Shown here in pieces: positions 31,344 through 41,217 of a DNA stretch of 64,000 bases. Below the pieces are notes generated by a model that did not search any database, was not told the origin of the DNA, and saw only the letters and a list, made by a program, of their open reading frames with translations. The DNA is from Candidatus Oxydemutator sp. (GTDB lineage: Bacteria; Pseudomonadota; Gammaproteobacteria; Poriferisulfidales; Oxydemutatoraceae), in contig OZ241883.1 in NCBI GenBank assembly GCA_965203445.1, forward strand, positions 1,824,001 to 1,888,000, in the 5' to 3' direction. Each line of letters opens with the position of its first letter. The stretch's first letter is position 1. The position numbers and the translations under genes are program-made.

Positions 31344-31471
31344 GTTCGCAAAACGTCGGAAACGGGGAAATCATACCAGAACCGGGTACAATCGGCGGTT
31401 GCAATCCATCGCAGATTGCGTTGTCGGGGCGCGCTTCCGCGTCACGCCAAGTCGCCGACTTGAACGCTGAC

Positions 31472-32506
31472 ATGATACGCGCGGCAGTTATCGGGGGCGC
31501 CGGTTACACCGGCCTGGAGTTGGTGCGCCTGCTGCTGGGTCATCCGCAGGTCGCGCTGGCGTGCGTCGTCTCGCGCAGTCGCGCGGGGGAGGCGCTCGCG
31601 TCGGAGTTTCCGGCGTCGCGCCGTCGCCTCGCGCTGCGCTACAGCGCGAGTCTCGAGGCCGCGACCAAGTCCGAACTCGACGTCGTCTTTTTTGCGACGC
31701 CCAACGGCGTGGCGATGAAGCAGGTGCCGGAGTTGCTGTCGGCGGGCGTGCGCGTGATTGACTTGGCCGCCGATTTTCGCTTGTCCGACGCCGCCGAATG
31801 GCGACGCTGGTACGGCTGCGAGCACGCCTGTCCCGGCTTGCTGGCGGACGCGGTCTATGGGTTGCCGGAGTTGCACAGAGACGCGATCCGGGGCGCCCGT
31901 CTGGTGGCCAATCCGGGCTGCTACCCGACCTCGGTAATCCTCGGTTTCAAGCCGGTGCTGGAGGCGCAAGGCGCCGACGTCTCGTGCCTGATAGCCGATT
32001 CGAAGTCCGGCATAAGCGGCGCCGGGCGGCGCCCCCAGAGCGGCCTGCTGTTCGGCGAATGCAGCGAGAACTTCAAGGCCTACAAGGCGTCCGCACATCG
32101 CCACTGGCCCGAGATCAAACGGCATCTCGACGCGCTCGCGGGCATTCCGACCGGTCTCAGCTTCACGCCGCACCTGCTGCCGATCGTGCGCGGCATTCAT
32201 TCGACGCTGTATTTTCGCACCTCGTCGCCGCCGGCGGAGTTGCAGGAACGTTTCGAGCGGGCGTACGCAAACGAACCTTTTGTCGAGGTGCTGCCCGCCG
32301 CCAGCCACCCGCAGACGCGCTGGGTGCGCGGCAGCAACACGTGCCTGATGGCGGTGCACAAGCCGCCGACGGCGGACGTGGCCAAAGTCCTGGTCGTCAT
32401 TGACAACCTGGTCAAGGGCGCCGCCGGTCAGGCGGTGCAGAACATGAACCTGATGTTCGGTCTCGACGAGGGGCTTGGTTTGCGCGGCTGGTTCCCGGTG
32501 TTTTGA
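31472..32506 (+). CDS. argC: N-acetyl-gamma-glutamyl-phosphate reductase
   Basis: IGGAGYTGLEL, ANPGCYPT, SGISGAGR, IDNLVKGAAGQAVQNMN. Confidence 0.95.
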   Translation: MIRAAVIGGAGYTGLELVRLLLGHPQVALACVVSRSRAGEALASEFPASRRRLALRYSASLEAATKSELDVVFFATPNGVAMKQVPELLSAGVRVIDLAADFRLSDAAEWRRWYGCEHACPGLLADAVYGLPELHRDAIRGARLVANPGCYPTSVILGFKPVLEAQGADVSCLIADSKSGISGAGRRPQSGLLFGECSENFKAYKASAHRHWPEIKRHLDALAGIPTGLSFTPHLLPIVRGIHSTLYFRTSSPPAELQERFERAYANEPFVEVLPAASHPQTRWVRGSNTCLMAVHKPPTADVAKVLVVIDNLVKGAAGQAVQNMNLMFGLDEGLGLRGWFPVF

Positions 32507-32509
32507 GCG

Positions 32510-33247
32510 ATGCCGTTGCGACGTTTTTTCCCGTGGCTCACGTTTCGCTTTCAGCTGTTGCTGATCAATCTGGGCGGGCGCTCCTACGGCAAGACGCTGC
32601 TCGCGGCCCTGGTCGTACTGTTCTGGTCGGCCGCGTTTTACTACCTGGGCCACGTCGTCGAGCACAATCGCTTCGACGAGGCGTTCGCGGAGTTGGCGCT
32701 GGTGGAGGGTTTCGAGGACGTGCTCGAGGGGGAGGGCACGGCGCTGAAGCTGCATGCGATCAAAACCCAGGCAAACCTGCTGCGTGAGACCGCTCGCCAG
32801 ATGCGCGGCGAGCTGGTCCGGAAGGAGCGCGACTTGGCCGAGGCCAGGGAGCAGCTCTATTTTTACCGCAGGGTCATCGCCCCCGAGGAGCTGCCGAAAG
32901 GCGTCTCGATTCTATCGGCGCAACTGGAGCAATCGGCGGACGACGGGCATTTTCCGTTTGAGCTGGTTCTGCGCGCGAGCGGCGCCAACGGTGAGACGAG
33001 CAAAGGCAGCGTCCGGCTGCGCATGACCGGCACCATGGGCGGCGTCGAGCAACGGCTGCCGATGGACACTTTTTATCAGGGCGATGACCGCTTCGCGTTC
33101 AAGTATTTTCAGCGCCTGAAGGGACGGATTGCCGTGCCTGGCGGCTTTGCGCCGGCCAGCGTCGAGGTCAGCGTGCGGGCGGCGCGGTTCGATCCGGTGT
33201 CGCGCTCGTTCGCGTGGCACAGCCTGCTGAGTTCGCCAGACGGGTAA
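32510..33247 (+). CDS. DUF6776-like membrane-anchored coiled-coil protein
   Basis: TM segment, coiled coil ending [27 protein letters not shown]; located between argC and erpA. Confidence 0.7.
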   Translation: MPLRRFFPWLTFRFQLLLINLGGRSYGKTLLAALVVLFWSAAFYYLGHVVEHNRFDEAFAELALVEGFEDVLEGEGTALKLHAIKTQANLLRETARQMRGELVRKERDLAEAREQLYFYRRVIAPEELPKGVSILSAQLEQSADDGHFPFELVLRASGANGETSKGSVRLRMTGTMGGVEQRLPMDTFYQGDDRFAFKYFQRLKGRIAVPGGFAPASVEVSVRAARFDPVSRSFAWHSLLSSPDG

Positions 33248-33266
33248 GAACGGCACATATGCTATC

Positions 33267-33356
33267 GGCCCTCACCCCAACCCTTTCCTAAGGGGGAGAG
33301 GGTTACATTACGGGTTTGCGGACAACTTCTCCCTCTGGGAGAAAGGGTGTACGGCC
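33267..33356. repeat. REP-like palindromic doublet (diverged)
   Basis: ccctcaccccaaccctttcc-taagg-ggagaggg ... ttctccctctgggagaa. Confidence 0.75.
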
Positions 33357-33386
33357 TATGTTATACTAAGTGGAAGGAGCGATGCC

Positions 33387-33728
33387 ATGAGTGAAATGCA
33401 AGCCCTGATTTTTACCGAGGCCGCGGCGGCCAAGGTCAAGTCGCTGATCGAGGAGGAGGACAACGCCAACCTCAAGTTGCGGGTTTTCGTCTCCGGCGGC
33501 GGCTGCGCCGGCTTCCAGTACGGTTTCACCTTCGACGAGAACGCCCAGGAGGGCGACGCCCGGGTGGAGAAAGGCGGCGTCACGCTGCTGGTGGATCCGA
33601 TGAGCCACCAGTACCTGATGGGCGCCGAGATAGACTACACCGAGGGTCTCGAAGGCGCGCAGTTTGTGATTCGCAACCCGAACGCGACCACCACCTGCGG
33701 CTGCGGCTCTTCTTTTTCCCCCGCCTGA
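33387..33728 (+). CDS. erpA: Fe-S cluster insertion protein ErpA
   Basis: [35 protein letters not shown]. Confidence 0.95.
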   Translation: MSEMQALIFTEAAAAKVKSLIEEEDNANLKLRVFVSGGGCAGFQYGFTFDENAQEGDARVEKGGVTLLVDPMSHQYLMGAEIDYTEGLEGAQFVIRNPNATTTCGCGSSFSPA

Positions 33729-33756
33729 GGACTCGCGCGGGGCGCGACATATCCGC

Positions 33757-34845
33757 CTACGCCGGCGGCAGATAGACGGCGCCCAACACCGCCGCGCGTC
33801 CGGCGCCGGTCGCCTCGGGGACGACGCCGCTGGCGCCGGCCACGCGCATGCTCGCAAGCCACGCGAACGCGAGCGCCTCGACGTAGTCGGGATCAAACCC
33901 CTCGGTCTGCGTGTCGCGCACGTCCAGATCGCCGAGCGCGGCGAGCCTTTGCATCAGGTGGCGGTTGTGCGCGCCGCCGCCGCATACCAGCAGCGTGCGC
34001 GCGCTGGCGGCGTGGCGCTGTAGCGCGCCGACAATTGCCGCCGCGCTCCATTCGGCCAGCGTCGCCTGCACCGCGGCCGCCTCGATACCGCGCGGCAGAC
34101 GCTCCTCGAGCCAGCCGATGGAAAGCTGGCTGGTGCACAGACTCTTCGGCGGCGCCAACGCCAGGAACGGATGCTCGAGCAACGTCTTAAGCAGCCCGCG
34201 GTCGACCTCGGCGCTGGCCGCCCAGCGGCCCTCGTCGTCGAACGCCCGCCCGTTGTGCCGCAGAATCCATGCGTCCATCAGGCAGTTGCCGGGGCCGGTG
34301 TCGAAGCCCAGCACGCCGTCGCCGTCGAACACCGTCAGGTTGGCGATGCCGCCGACGTTGACGACCGCCGCGTGTTCCATCCGCCCGAACAGCTTTTTGT
34401 GGAAGGCCGGCGTCAGCGGTGCCCCCTGGCCGCCGAGGGCCACGTCGGCGCGCCGGAAATCGGCGACGGTCGCGAGGCCGCTTCTGGCGGCGACGACGTT
34501 GGGGTCGCCGAGCTGCATCGTGAAGGGGCGGTCGCCGTGCGGTCGGTGCAACAGTGTCTGCCCGTGCAGGCCGACGGCGGCGACGTCTTTGGCGGCCAGG
34601 TGTTCGCGCGCCAGCAGATCGAGCACCGCGTCGGCGAACAGGTGCCCGAGTTCGCAGTCGAGCCGCGCCAGTTCCGCAACCGGCGCGGGCGCGATTTGCA
34701 GGCGCGCGACGCGCCGCGCGATTTCCCGGTCTATCGGATAATTTGCACGGGCGACCTGCGCGACGCCGTTGCCGAAGTCCGCGGCCGCCACGTCCACCGC
34801 ATCCAGGCTGGTGCCGGACGACACCCCCAGATAGATGGCCGCCAT
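33757..34845 (-). CDS. anmK: Anhydro-N-acetylmuramic acid kinase
   Basis: SSGTSLDAVD, HGQTLLH, ADFRRAD..GGQGAPL, NVGGIAN, FDTGPGN, EALAFAWLA. Confidence 0.95.
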   Translation of the reverse strand: MAAIYLGVSSGTSLDAVDVAAADFGNGVAQVARANYPIDREIARRVARLQIAPAPVAELARLDCELGHLFADAVLDLLAREHLAAKDVAAVGLHGQTLLHRPHGDRPFTMQLGDPNVVAARSGLATVADFRRADVALGGQGAPLTPAFHKKLFGRMEHAAVVNVGGIANLTVFDGDGVLGFDTGPGNCLMDAWILRHNGRAFDDEGRWAASAEVDRGLLKTLLEHPFLALAPPKSLCTSQLSIGWLEERLPRGIEAAAVQATLAEWSAAAIVGALQRHAASARTLLVCGGGAHNRHLMQRLAALGDLDVRDTQTEGFDPDYVEALAFAWLASMRVAGASGVVPEATGAGRAAVLGAVYLPPA

Positions 34846-34848
34846 CGG

Positions 34849-36291
34849 TCAGCGCGCGCCCGGCTGGTCCAGCGATGCGACGTAGGCGTTGTTGATGCGT
34901 TCGAGCCTGGCAAGCACCGCGCGCGTGGCCTTGCGGAAATGAGCCATCTTCGCTTTCGGCAGCGGGCGCGAATCGGGAAGCTTGACCGTGATCGGGTTCT
35001 TGTGGACGCCGCCGACGCGGAACTCGTAATGCAGATGCGGGCCGGTCGAAAGCCCGGTCGACCCGACGTATCCGATGACCTGCTTCTGCCTCACGTAAGA
35101 GCCGGTTTTCTGGCCGCGCGCGTAGCGCGAGAGGTGCGCGTAGAGCGTGCTGTAGTTGCGGTGATGGCGAATGACGACGGTCTTGCCGTAGCCGCCCTTG
35201 CGCGCGCGATGGATAATCCTGCCGTCGCCGGTGGCGTGCACCGGCGTGCCGCGCTTGGCCGCGTAGTCCACGCCTTTGTGCGCGCGGATCGTATGCAGCA
35301 CCGGATGCCTGCGCCGCGGGTTGAAGTGCGAGCTGATGCGTGAGAACGCAAGCGGACTGCGCAGAAACGGTTTTTTCATTTTGCGCCCGCTGGCCGAGTA
35401 GTAGTCGGTAGCGCCGGCGTCGTCGGTGTAGCGCACGACGCGGTACGTCTTATTGCGGTTCAAAAACTCGATCGCGACGACGTGGTTGTCCTTCCATTTT
35501 TCGCCGTTGACGTGGCTCTCCTCGTAGAGCACGGTGAAGCGGTCGTCCTTGCGTATGCCATAGACAAAGTCAACGTCCCAGCCGAGGATGTTAGCCATCT
35601 CGACGATGATCTTGTCCGACAGGCCGCTTTTTTTGCCGGCAAGGTAGAGCGAATCGTTGATTGCGGCGGACGCGAAAGCCTCGCGCTTCTCCACTTCGGT
35701 CACGTGCCTGGCGAGGCGGTAGCCGCCGTCTTCGCGCCGCGATACAGTGACGCGCTCGACCGTCGTCGGGCGATACGTCAGCCGCACCAGCGTATCGTCG
35801 CGCACCTCCAGTTCCAGCGGGCGCCCCGGCAATAGACGCGCCAGGACTTTTCTTTCCTTCTCGTCGAGTGCCAGCAGATGGCGCATCACCGACGGCAGTT
35901 TGTAGCGGCCGAGTATGCCGGAGAGCGTGTCGCCGCGCTGAATCTCGTAGCGGTGTACGATTGTTTCGTTGTCGCGCGCCTCGGCGGGCGGCGGATTCGC
36001 CAGCGCCAGCGCGTGTGGCGGGAACAGCGGTTGCGGCCGCGCCGGCGGCGCGCCGCCGGCGTTTCCGGCGGCCGCGGTTGCGGCGACGGGAGCCGCGACC
36101 GCTGGTTCGGCGGCCCTGGCTTGGCCTTCGCTTGGCGGCAGTTGCGTCGCGTGCGTCGAGATCAGAAAGGCGACGACGCCGGCCAGCAGCACCGCGCTGG
36201 AGGCAAAACGCAGGCGCCCGCCACGCCTGCCGTGCGCCTCGAAACGGCGCTTATAAACGCTTTGGCGCGGCCCCGGCTTGTTTTCGATCAT
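34849..36291 (-). CDS. M23 peptidoglycan DD-endopeptidase (OapA/MepM-like)
   Basis: LysM-like RGDTLS, HKGVDYAA, YAHLS, STGPHLHYEF. Confidence 0.92.
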   Translation of the reverse strand: MIENKPGPRQSVYKRRFEAHGRRGGRLRFASSAVLLAGVVAFLISTHATQLPPSEGQARAAEPAVAAPVAATAAAGNAGGAPPARPQPLFPPHALALANPPPAEARDNETIVHRYEIQRGDTLSGILGRYKLPSVMRHLLALDEKERKVLARLLPGRPLELEVRDDTLVRLTYRPTTVERVTVSRREDGGYRLARHVTEVEKREAFASAAINDSLYLAGKKSGLSDKIIVEMANILGWDVDFVYGIRKDDRFTVLYEESHVNGEKWKDNHVVAIEFLNRNKTYRVVRYTDDAGATDYYSASGRKMKKPFLRSPLAFSRISSHFNPRRRHPVLHTIRAHKGVDYAAKRGTPVHATGDGRIIHRARKGGYGKTVVIRHHRNYSTLYAHLSRYARGQKTGSYVRQKQVIGYVGSTGLSTGPHLHYEFRVGGVHKNPITVKLPDSRPLPKAKMAHFRKATRAVLARLERINNAYVASLDQPGAR

Positions 36292-36386
36292 GGACGGACA
36301 AGAGAATTGTTTGAATTAACAAGCGGCTAAAGATACCCTTAATCATTGGTTTGTCAATCTGTGGCGGCAAACCCCGAACAAAGCGG

Positions 36387-37583
36387 ATGAAAAACAACCT
36401 GGAAGAATTGTTGCGCGGCACCGCCGAAGTGCTGCTGCCGGAGGAACTTGAAAAGCGCTTGGCCGCGGGCAGACCGCTGGTGGTCAAGGCCGGTTTCGAT
36501 CCGACGGCGCCCGACCTGCACCTGGGACATACGGTGTTGATCAACAAGTTGCGGCAGTTTCAGCGGCAGGGGCACGCGGTCAAGTTCGTGATCGGCGATT
36601 TTACCGGCATGATCGGCGACCCGAGCGGGCGCGACAAAATGCGCCCGCCGCTGACCAGGGAGCAGGTCGAGGAAAACGCCGCGACCTACGCCGGGCAGAT
36701 CTACCGGATACTCGACGAGGACGCGACCGACGTCTGCTTCAACTCGAAATGGCTGGCGGCGCTGTCGGCGGAAGACATCGTGGCGCTGGCCGCGCGCCAC
36801 ACCGTCGCGCGCATGTTGGAACGCGACGATTTCCAGAAACGCTACAGCGGCGGACGGGCGATCGGCATCCACGAGTTTCTGTACCCGTTGCTACAGGGCT
36901 ACGACTCGGTCGCTTTGCGCGCCGACGTCGAGTTGGGCGGCGTCGATCAGAAGTTCAACCTGCTGGTCGGCAGGGAATTGCAGAAAGACTACGGCCAGCC
37001 GCCGCAGGTTGTGATGACGATGCCGTTGCTCGAGGGGCTGGACGGCGTGCGCAAGATGTCGAAGTCGCTGGACAACCACGTCGCGGTCGCGGCGTCGCCG
37101 GCGGAGACGTTCGGTCGGCTGATGTCGGTGTCGGACGAGTTGATGTGGCGCTATTTCGAGTTGCTGAGCCTGCGCCCGGGCGCGGACGTCGCGCTGCTCA
37201 GGCAGGCGGTCGCGGACGGACGCAACCCGCGCGACGTCAAGTTCGAGTTGGCCGGGGAGATCGTCGCGCGTTTTCACGACGCGCGCGCCGCGGCCGCCGC
37301 GCGCGACGATTTCATCGCGCGTTTTCAGGAGCGCGCGACGCCGGACGACCTCGAGACGCGCGAGGTGACGATTGCCGAAGCGCGGGTGCCGTTGGCGGTG
37401 TTGCTGCGCATGTCGTCGCTGACCGCGTCGTCATCCGAGGCGCGGCGCATGATTCGGCAGGGCGCGGTGCGCGTGGACGGCGAGAAGATCGAGGACGCCG
37501 ATCTTGAGGTCGAGGCCGGCAGCGAGCGCGTGTACCAGGTGGGGCGCCGCCGCTTTCAGCGTATCCGCGTAATCAGGTCCTGA
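36387..37583 (+). CDS. tyrS: Tyrosine-tRNA ligase
   Basis: [28 protein letters not shown]-terminal S4 domain. Confidence 0.97.
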   Translation: MKNNLEELLRGTAEVLLPEELEKRLAAGRPLVVKAGFDPTAPDLHLGHTVLINKLRQFQRQGHAVKFVIGDFTGMIGDPSGRDKMRPPLTREQVEENAATYAGQIYRILDEDATDVCFNSKWLAALSAEDIVALAARHTVARMLERDDFQKRYSGGRAIGIHEFLYPLLQGYDSVALRADVELGGVDQKFNLLVGRELQKDYGQPPQVVMTMPLLEGLDGVRKMSKSLDNHVAVAASPAETFGRLMSVSDELMWRYFELLSLRPGADVALLRQAVADGRNPRDVKFELAGEIVARFHDARAAAAARDDFIARFQERATPDDLETREVTIAEARVPLAVLLRMSSLTASSSEARRMIRQGAVRVDGEKIEDADLEVEAGSERVYQVGRRRFQRIRVIRS

Positions 37584-38188
37584 CCGCGCAGCTCGCGGTG
37601 GATCGTGAGATCGCGGTGCAGCCGCTCGATCCGGCGCCGCAATTCTTCCAGGTCGCCGTTGTTGTCCAGCACCACGTGCGCGGCTTGCAGCCTCTCGTCG
37701 CGTCCGGCCTGGGTCGCAAAGATTTTGCGCACCGCGGCCTCGTCGCAGCCGTCGCGCTCGATGATGCGCGTCGTCCGCGTGCGCTCGTCGCAATCCATGA
37801 CGACGACGACGTCCACCAGGTCGTCCATGCCGGCCTCCAACAGCAGCGGCGCACTGATGACGCAGTATGCGTGGTCGGCGTCGAGCGCCGCGGTGCGCCG
37901 CTCGATCTCGCGCCGCACCGCGGGATGCAAAATCGCGTTCAGCCGCCGTCGCGCGTCGGTGTCGTCGAAGATCAGGCGGCGCAATCGCGCGCGCTCCAGG
38001 CGCCCGTCCTGGTCGAGCATTTCGTCGCCGAACGCGGCGCTGATCTTCTCGAGGTGCGGGGCGCCCGGGCGCGTCAATTCGCGCGCGATTTCGTCGGCGT
38101 CGAGCAGCGGCGCGCCGTGTGCGCGAAACATCGCGCCGGCCTCGCTCTTGCCGCAGCCGACGCCGCCGCTCAGGCCGACGCGGATCAC
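37556..38188 (-). CDS. coaE: Dephospho-CoA kinase
   Basis: [33 protein letters not shown]; GTG start overlaps the pilD stop. Confidence 0.92.
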   Translation of the reverse strand: MIRVGLSGGVGCGKSEAGAMFRAHGAPLLDADEIARELTRPGAPHLEKISAAFGDEMLDQDGRLERARLRRLIFDDTDARRRLNAILHPAVRREIERRTAALDADHAYCVISAPLLLEAGMDDLVDVVVVMDCDERTRTTRIIERDGCDEAAVRKIFATQAGRDERLQAAHVVLDNNGDLEELRRRIERLHRDLTIHRELRGQDLITRIR

Positions 38189-39030
38189 TGTAGGCTCCCG
38201 TTTGCGAGCAGCAGCCGCAGCGGGTTTTTGAAGGCGTCGGCGGACAGCAGGCACAGCCAGCCGGCGAGCGCCAGATGTGGGCCGAACGGAATCCGGGTTG
38301 CGCGCCGCCACTTGCCGGCGGCGATCATCGAAAGGCTTGCCGCGAGACCGCTGAGCGAAGCCAGCAGCACGATGCCGGGCAGCACCTGCCAGCCGAACCA
38401 GGCGCCGAGCGCGGCCAACAACTTGACGTCGCCTCCGCCCAGTCCCTGCCGTTTTCTGAGTGCCGCGTACGAGCGCTCGAGAACGAAGAAGGAGAGGTAG
38501 CCGGCGATCGCACCCATGATCGCCGACTGCGCGTCGGCAAACGTCGCCAGGCCGTTGACGGCGAGACCGAACCACAGCAGCGGCAGCGTGATTGCGTCGG
38601 GTAGCAGGCCGTCGCGCAGGTCTATCGCCGCCAGCGTCGTCAGACACGCGGCGAGTACGACGCCGGCTGAAAACTGCGGCCACGCGTCGTGGGCGAGCGC
38701 GACGCCGACGCAAGCCAGCGCCGTCGTCAGTTCGACTATCGGGTAACGCGGGCTGATCGGCGTCCGGCAGTGTGCGCACCGACCCTTCAAAAGCAGATAG
38801 CCCAGCAACGGCACGTTGTGGCGCCATGCGATCGGTTGCCGGCAGGCGGGGCAGTGCGACGCCGGCGTCGCCAGCGACAGATGGTCGTAGCCGTCGTCGC
38901 CCGGTTCGTCGTCCGGCTCGCGCTGCGACGGCATCAGCGGCAGACGGTAGATGACGACGTTCAAGAAACTGCCGAGTATCAGCCCGCCGCCAAAAACGGC
39001 GGCCAGCCATGGCCAGGAGGAGTCGAGCAT
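38185..39030 (-). CDS. pilD: Prepilin peptidase/N-methyltransferase
   Basis: GSFLNVVIYRLP, SHCPAC, KGRCAHC, RYPIVE, GGGDVKL, IPFGP. Confidence 0.95.
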   Translation of the reverse strand: MLDSSWPWLAAVFGGGLILGSFLNVVIYRLPLMPSQREPDDEPGDDGYDHLSLATPASHCPACRQPIAWRHNVPLLGYLLLKGRCAHCRTPISPRYPIVELTTALACVGVALAHDAWPQFSAGVVLAACLTTLAAIDLRDGLLPDAITLPLLWFGLAVNGLATFADAQSAIMGAIAGYLSFFVLERSYAALRKRQGLGGGDVKLLAALGAWFGWQVLPGIVLLASLSGLAASLSMIAAGKWRRATRIPFGPHLALAGWLCLLSADAFKNPLRLLLANGSLQ

Positions 39031-39293
39031 ACCGGATTATAGGGCAACCGCTGTTCGTGTTCACCGATGCACCGGCAAAAGGTCGTCGGTTTGTCAGGCG
39101 TTTCTTTCTCGAGCGCCCGCTGCGCCCGGAACGTCGCAGTAAATCAGATGAGTGTTATCCCTCGTGGTATGCCTCCAAAATACAGGTTTCAGGGAAACCC
39201 CGTTCCGGCGGCGCATCAGTGAACCTTTACGGGAATGACGGACTCAAGGGGGCGGCGGGGCAGGTGGGGGGTCGCATTGATTAAAGTTCGGCT

Positions 39294-39983
39294 ATGCCAT
39301 ATGCTAATCGGATGAGATTGTCTTCCTTTCCGGCGGTTCGGGCGGTGTTCGCGGCCGTTTGTCTGGTCGGGCTTTGTCGGGGTTCGGCGGCACTGGCCGA
39401 AGCGGAGGACACCAGCGCCTCGAGCTACGACGACTGCACCCGAATCGAGCTGGATTTGGAGGCGGCAGCCGGGGCGCTCACCGACGAGGAGAAAATTGCG
39501 CTGATGGATAGGGAGTTTTATGAATCTTTGGCGCGCTTTGACCGTTGCCAGGCTTCGTTCTCGTCCGATGACGGCGGCGGTAGCGATGGCGGCGGTAGCG
39601 ATGGCGGTGGTAGCGATGGCGGCGGTAGCGACGGTGGTCAGGGCGGCGGAGTACAATCGGTGCCGTCCGCGTCCGTTTCCGGAACCGACCCGGAAAAAGC
39701 CTCGGAAGAGGAACCGAAAGAGGGCCGCGAACCGGGGACGCCCGCAGTGCAGCCGGCGACCGCGGAGCACTCGTCCACGCCGCGGGACAACGGCAAGACA
39801 CCCGACGACATTCCTCCCGCCAACAACGACGACATAATCGCGCGGGGGCTGCGCGAGGTCGCGGAAAATGAAAAGAATCCCGAGGAAAGAGAGAAGCTAT
39901 GGAACGAGTACCGCAAATACAAAAACCTGCCCGTCAAGGAGGCGCCCTCGGAAGAGCGGCCCGCACCAAAGCAGTCCCGATGA
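39294..39983 (+). CDS. Exported acidic low-complexity protein, first gene of the motor/vWA operon
   Basis: Signal-peptide-like N-terminus, two Cys, DGGGS repeats, C-terminal NGKTPDDIPPANND..A..LRE.A..E.....REKLWNEYRKYK. Start uncertain. Confidence 0.7.
   Translation: MPYANRMRLSSFPAVRAVFAAVCLVGLCRGSAALAEAEDTSASSYDDCTRIELDLEAAAGALTDEEKIALMDREFYESLARFDRCQASFSSDDGGGSDGGGSDGGGSDGGGSDGGQGGGVQSVPSASVSGTDPEKASEEEPKEGREPGTPAVQPATAEHSSTPRDNGKTPDDIPPANNDDIIARGLREVAENEKNPEEREKLWNEYRKYKNLPVKEAPSEERPAPKQSR
39570..39638 (+). repeat. 15-bp coding tandem repeat (DGGGS, about 4.6 copies)
   Basis: gayggcggyggtagc units. Confidence 0.9.
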
Positions 39984-41209
39984 GATACCGGTTGTCGCGG
40001 GCGGCGTTGGTGCCGTTGACGTTGCTGCTTTCGGCGTGCGTCACCACCGGAAGTTTCCCTGGTTTCGGCGCGGGCCAAGGCGCCGCGGTCGGCCCCGGCA
40101 GCATCGAAGACGATGCCGTCTCCGCCACCGCCGGCTTGCCGGCGAACACTCCTAGACTGGACGTCGTCATTCCGGTTTTCGACCCCGGTTTGCCGCAAGA
40201 TCCCGACGATTACGCGGACAGCGGCGTGTGGCCGGAGCTGCGCCGTGCCGAGGCCAACCGCTTCGCGTTGAAGATGAAGGAGGCGCTCGAGAAAACCGAG
40301 GCCTTCGGCGCGGTGCGTGTGACCCCCGACAAGACCGCGGTCGGAGACCTGTACATATTAGGCGCCATCGAGGAATCCAACGGCGAGGACGTTGAGATCC
40401 GTATCGAAGCGGTGGCCATGTCCGGCAGGCGCTGGCACGCCGAGACTTATGAGCATCGCGTCAAGGAGGCGTTCTACCAGGACCCGCGCAGCAAGGGCGA
40501 AGACCCGTACGCGCCGGTGTTCGCCGAGGCCGCCGCCGACGTCGTGTCGAAGTTGCGCAAGAAGTCCGGCGACGAGCTGGCGCGGTTGCAGGCCGTAACC
40601 GAGATGCGTTTTGCCGCGTCTCTGTCGCCGGGCGCGTTCGGCGAGCATCTCAAGCAAAGAGGCGACACGTTCACGCTGGCCAGCCTGCCGGCGGAGGCGG
40701 ATCCGATGCTTGCCAGGACGCGCGCCTTGCGCGTGCGCGACCAGTTGTTCGTCGACCGTTTGCAGAAACATTACGAGGACTTCGACACGCGCATGGACGA
40801 GAGCTATTCGGTTTGGCAGAAGGAAAGTTTTCAGGAGGTGAAGGCGGCGCGCGCGGCTTCCAGAAAGGCGTGGTTGGAGGGGCTGGCAGGCGCGGTGATC
40901 GTCGGTCTTAGCGTGGCGGCCGCGGTCAGCAGCGACAACCCCAATACCGGGGACGTGGCCCAAGTCGGCGCCGTCGCCGGTGGGCTCCTGATAGCAAAGA
41001 GTTTCCAGACGCGGGAGGAGATGAAGATCCACCGCGAGGCCCTGGCCGAGCTGGGCGAGTCCATCCATACCGAGCTTGCGCCGGCGGTGTTGGAGTTCGA
41101 GAACAAGACGGTTACGCTTACCGGCAACGTCGAGGAACAGTTCGCCCAATGGCGGACTTATCTGAGGCGCATATACGAGCAGGAGGCGACGCCGGAAGTT
41201 CGTATGTAA
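39980..41209 (+). CDS. Putative outer-membrane lipoprotein
   Basis: Lipobox LLLSA-C with Val at +2; ATGA overlap with the upstream stop; glycine-zipper-like hydrophobic pair near the C-terminus. Confidence 0.75.
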   Translation: MRYRLSRAALVPLTLLLSACVTTGSFPGFGAGQGAAVGPGSIEDDAVSATAGLPANTPRLDVVIPVFDPGLPQDPDDYADSGVWPELRRAEANRFALKMKEALEKTEAFGAVRVTPDKTAVGDLYILGAIEESNGEDVEIRIEAVAMSGRRWHAETYEHRVKEAFYQDPRSKGEDPYAPVFAEAAADVVSKLRKKSGDELARLQAVTEMRFAASLSPGAFGEHLKQRGDTFTLASLPAEADPMLARTRALRVRDQLFVDRLQKHYEDFDTRMDESYSVWQKESFQEVKAARAASRKAWLEGLAGAVIVGLSVAAAVSSDNPNTGDVAQVGAVAGGLLIAKSFQTREEMKIHREALAELGESIHTELAPAVLEFENKTVTLTGNVEEQFAQWRTYLRRIYEQEATPEVRM

Positions 41210-41217
41210 GGCCGGCG

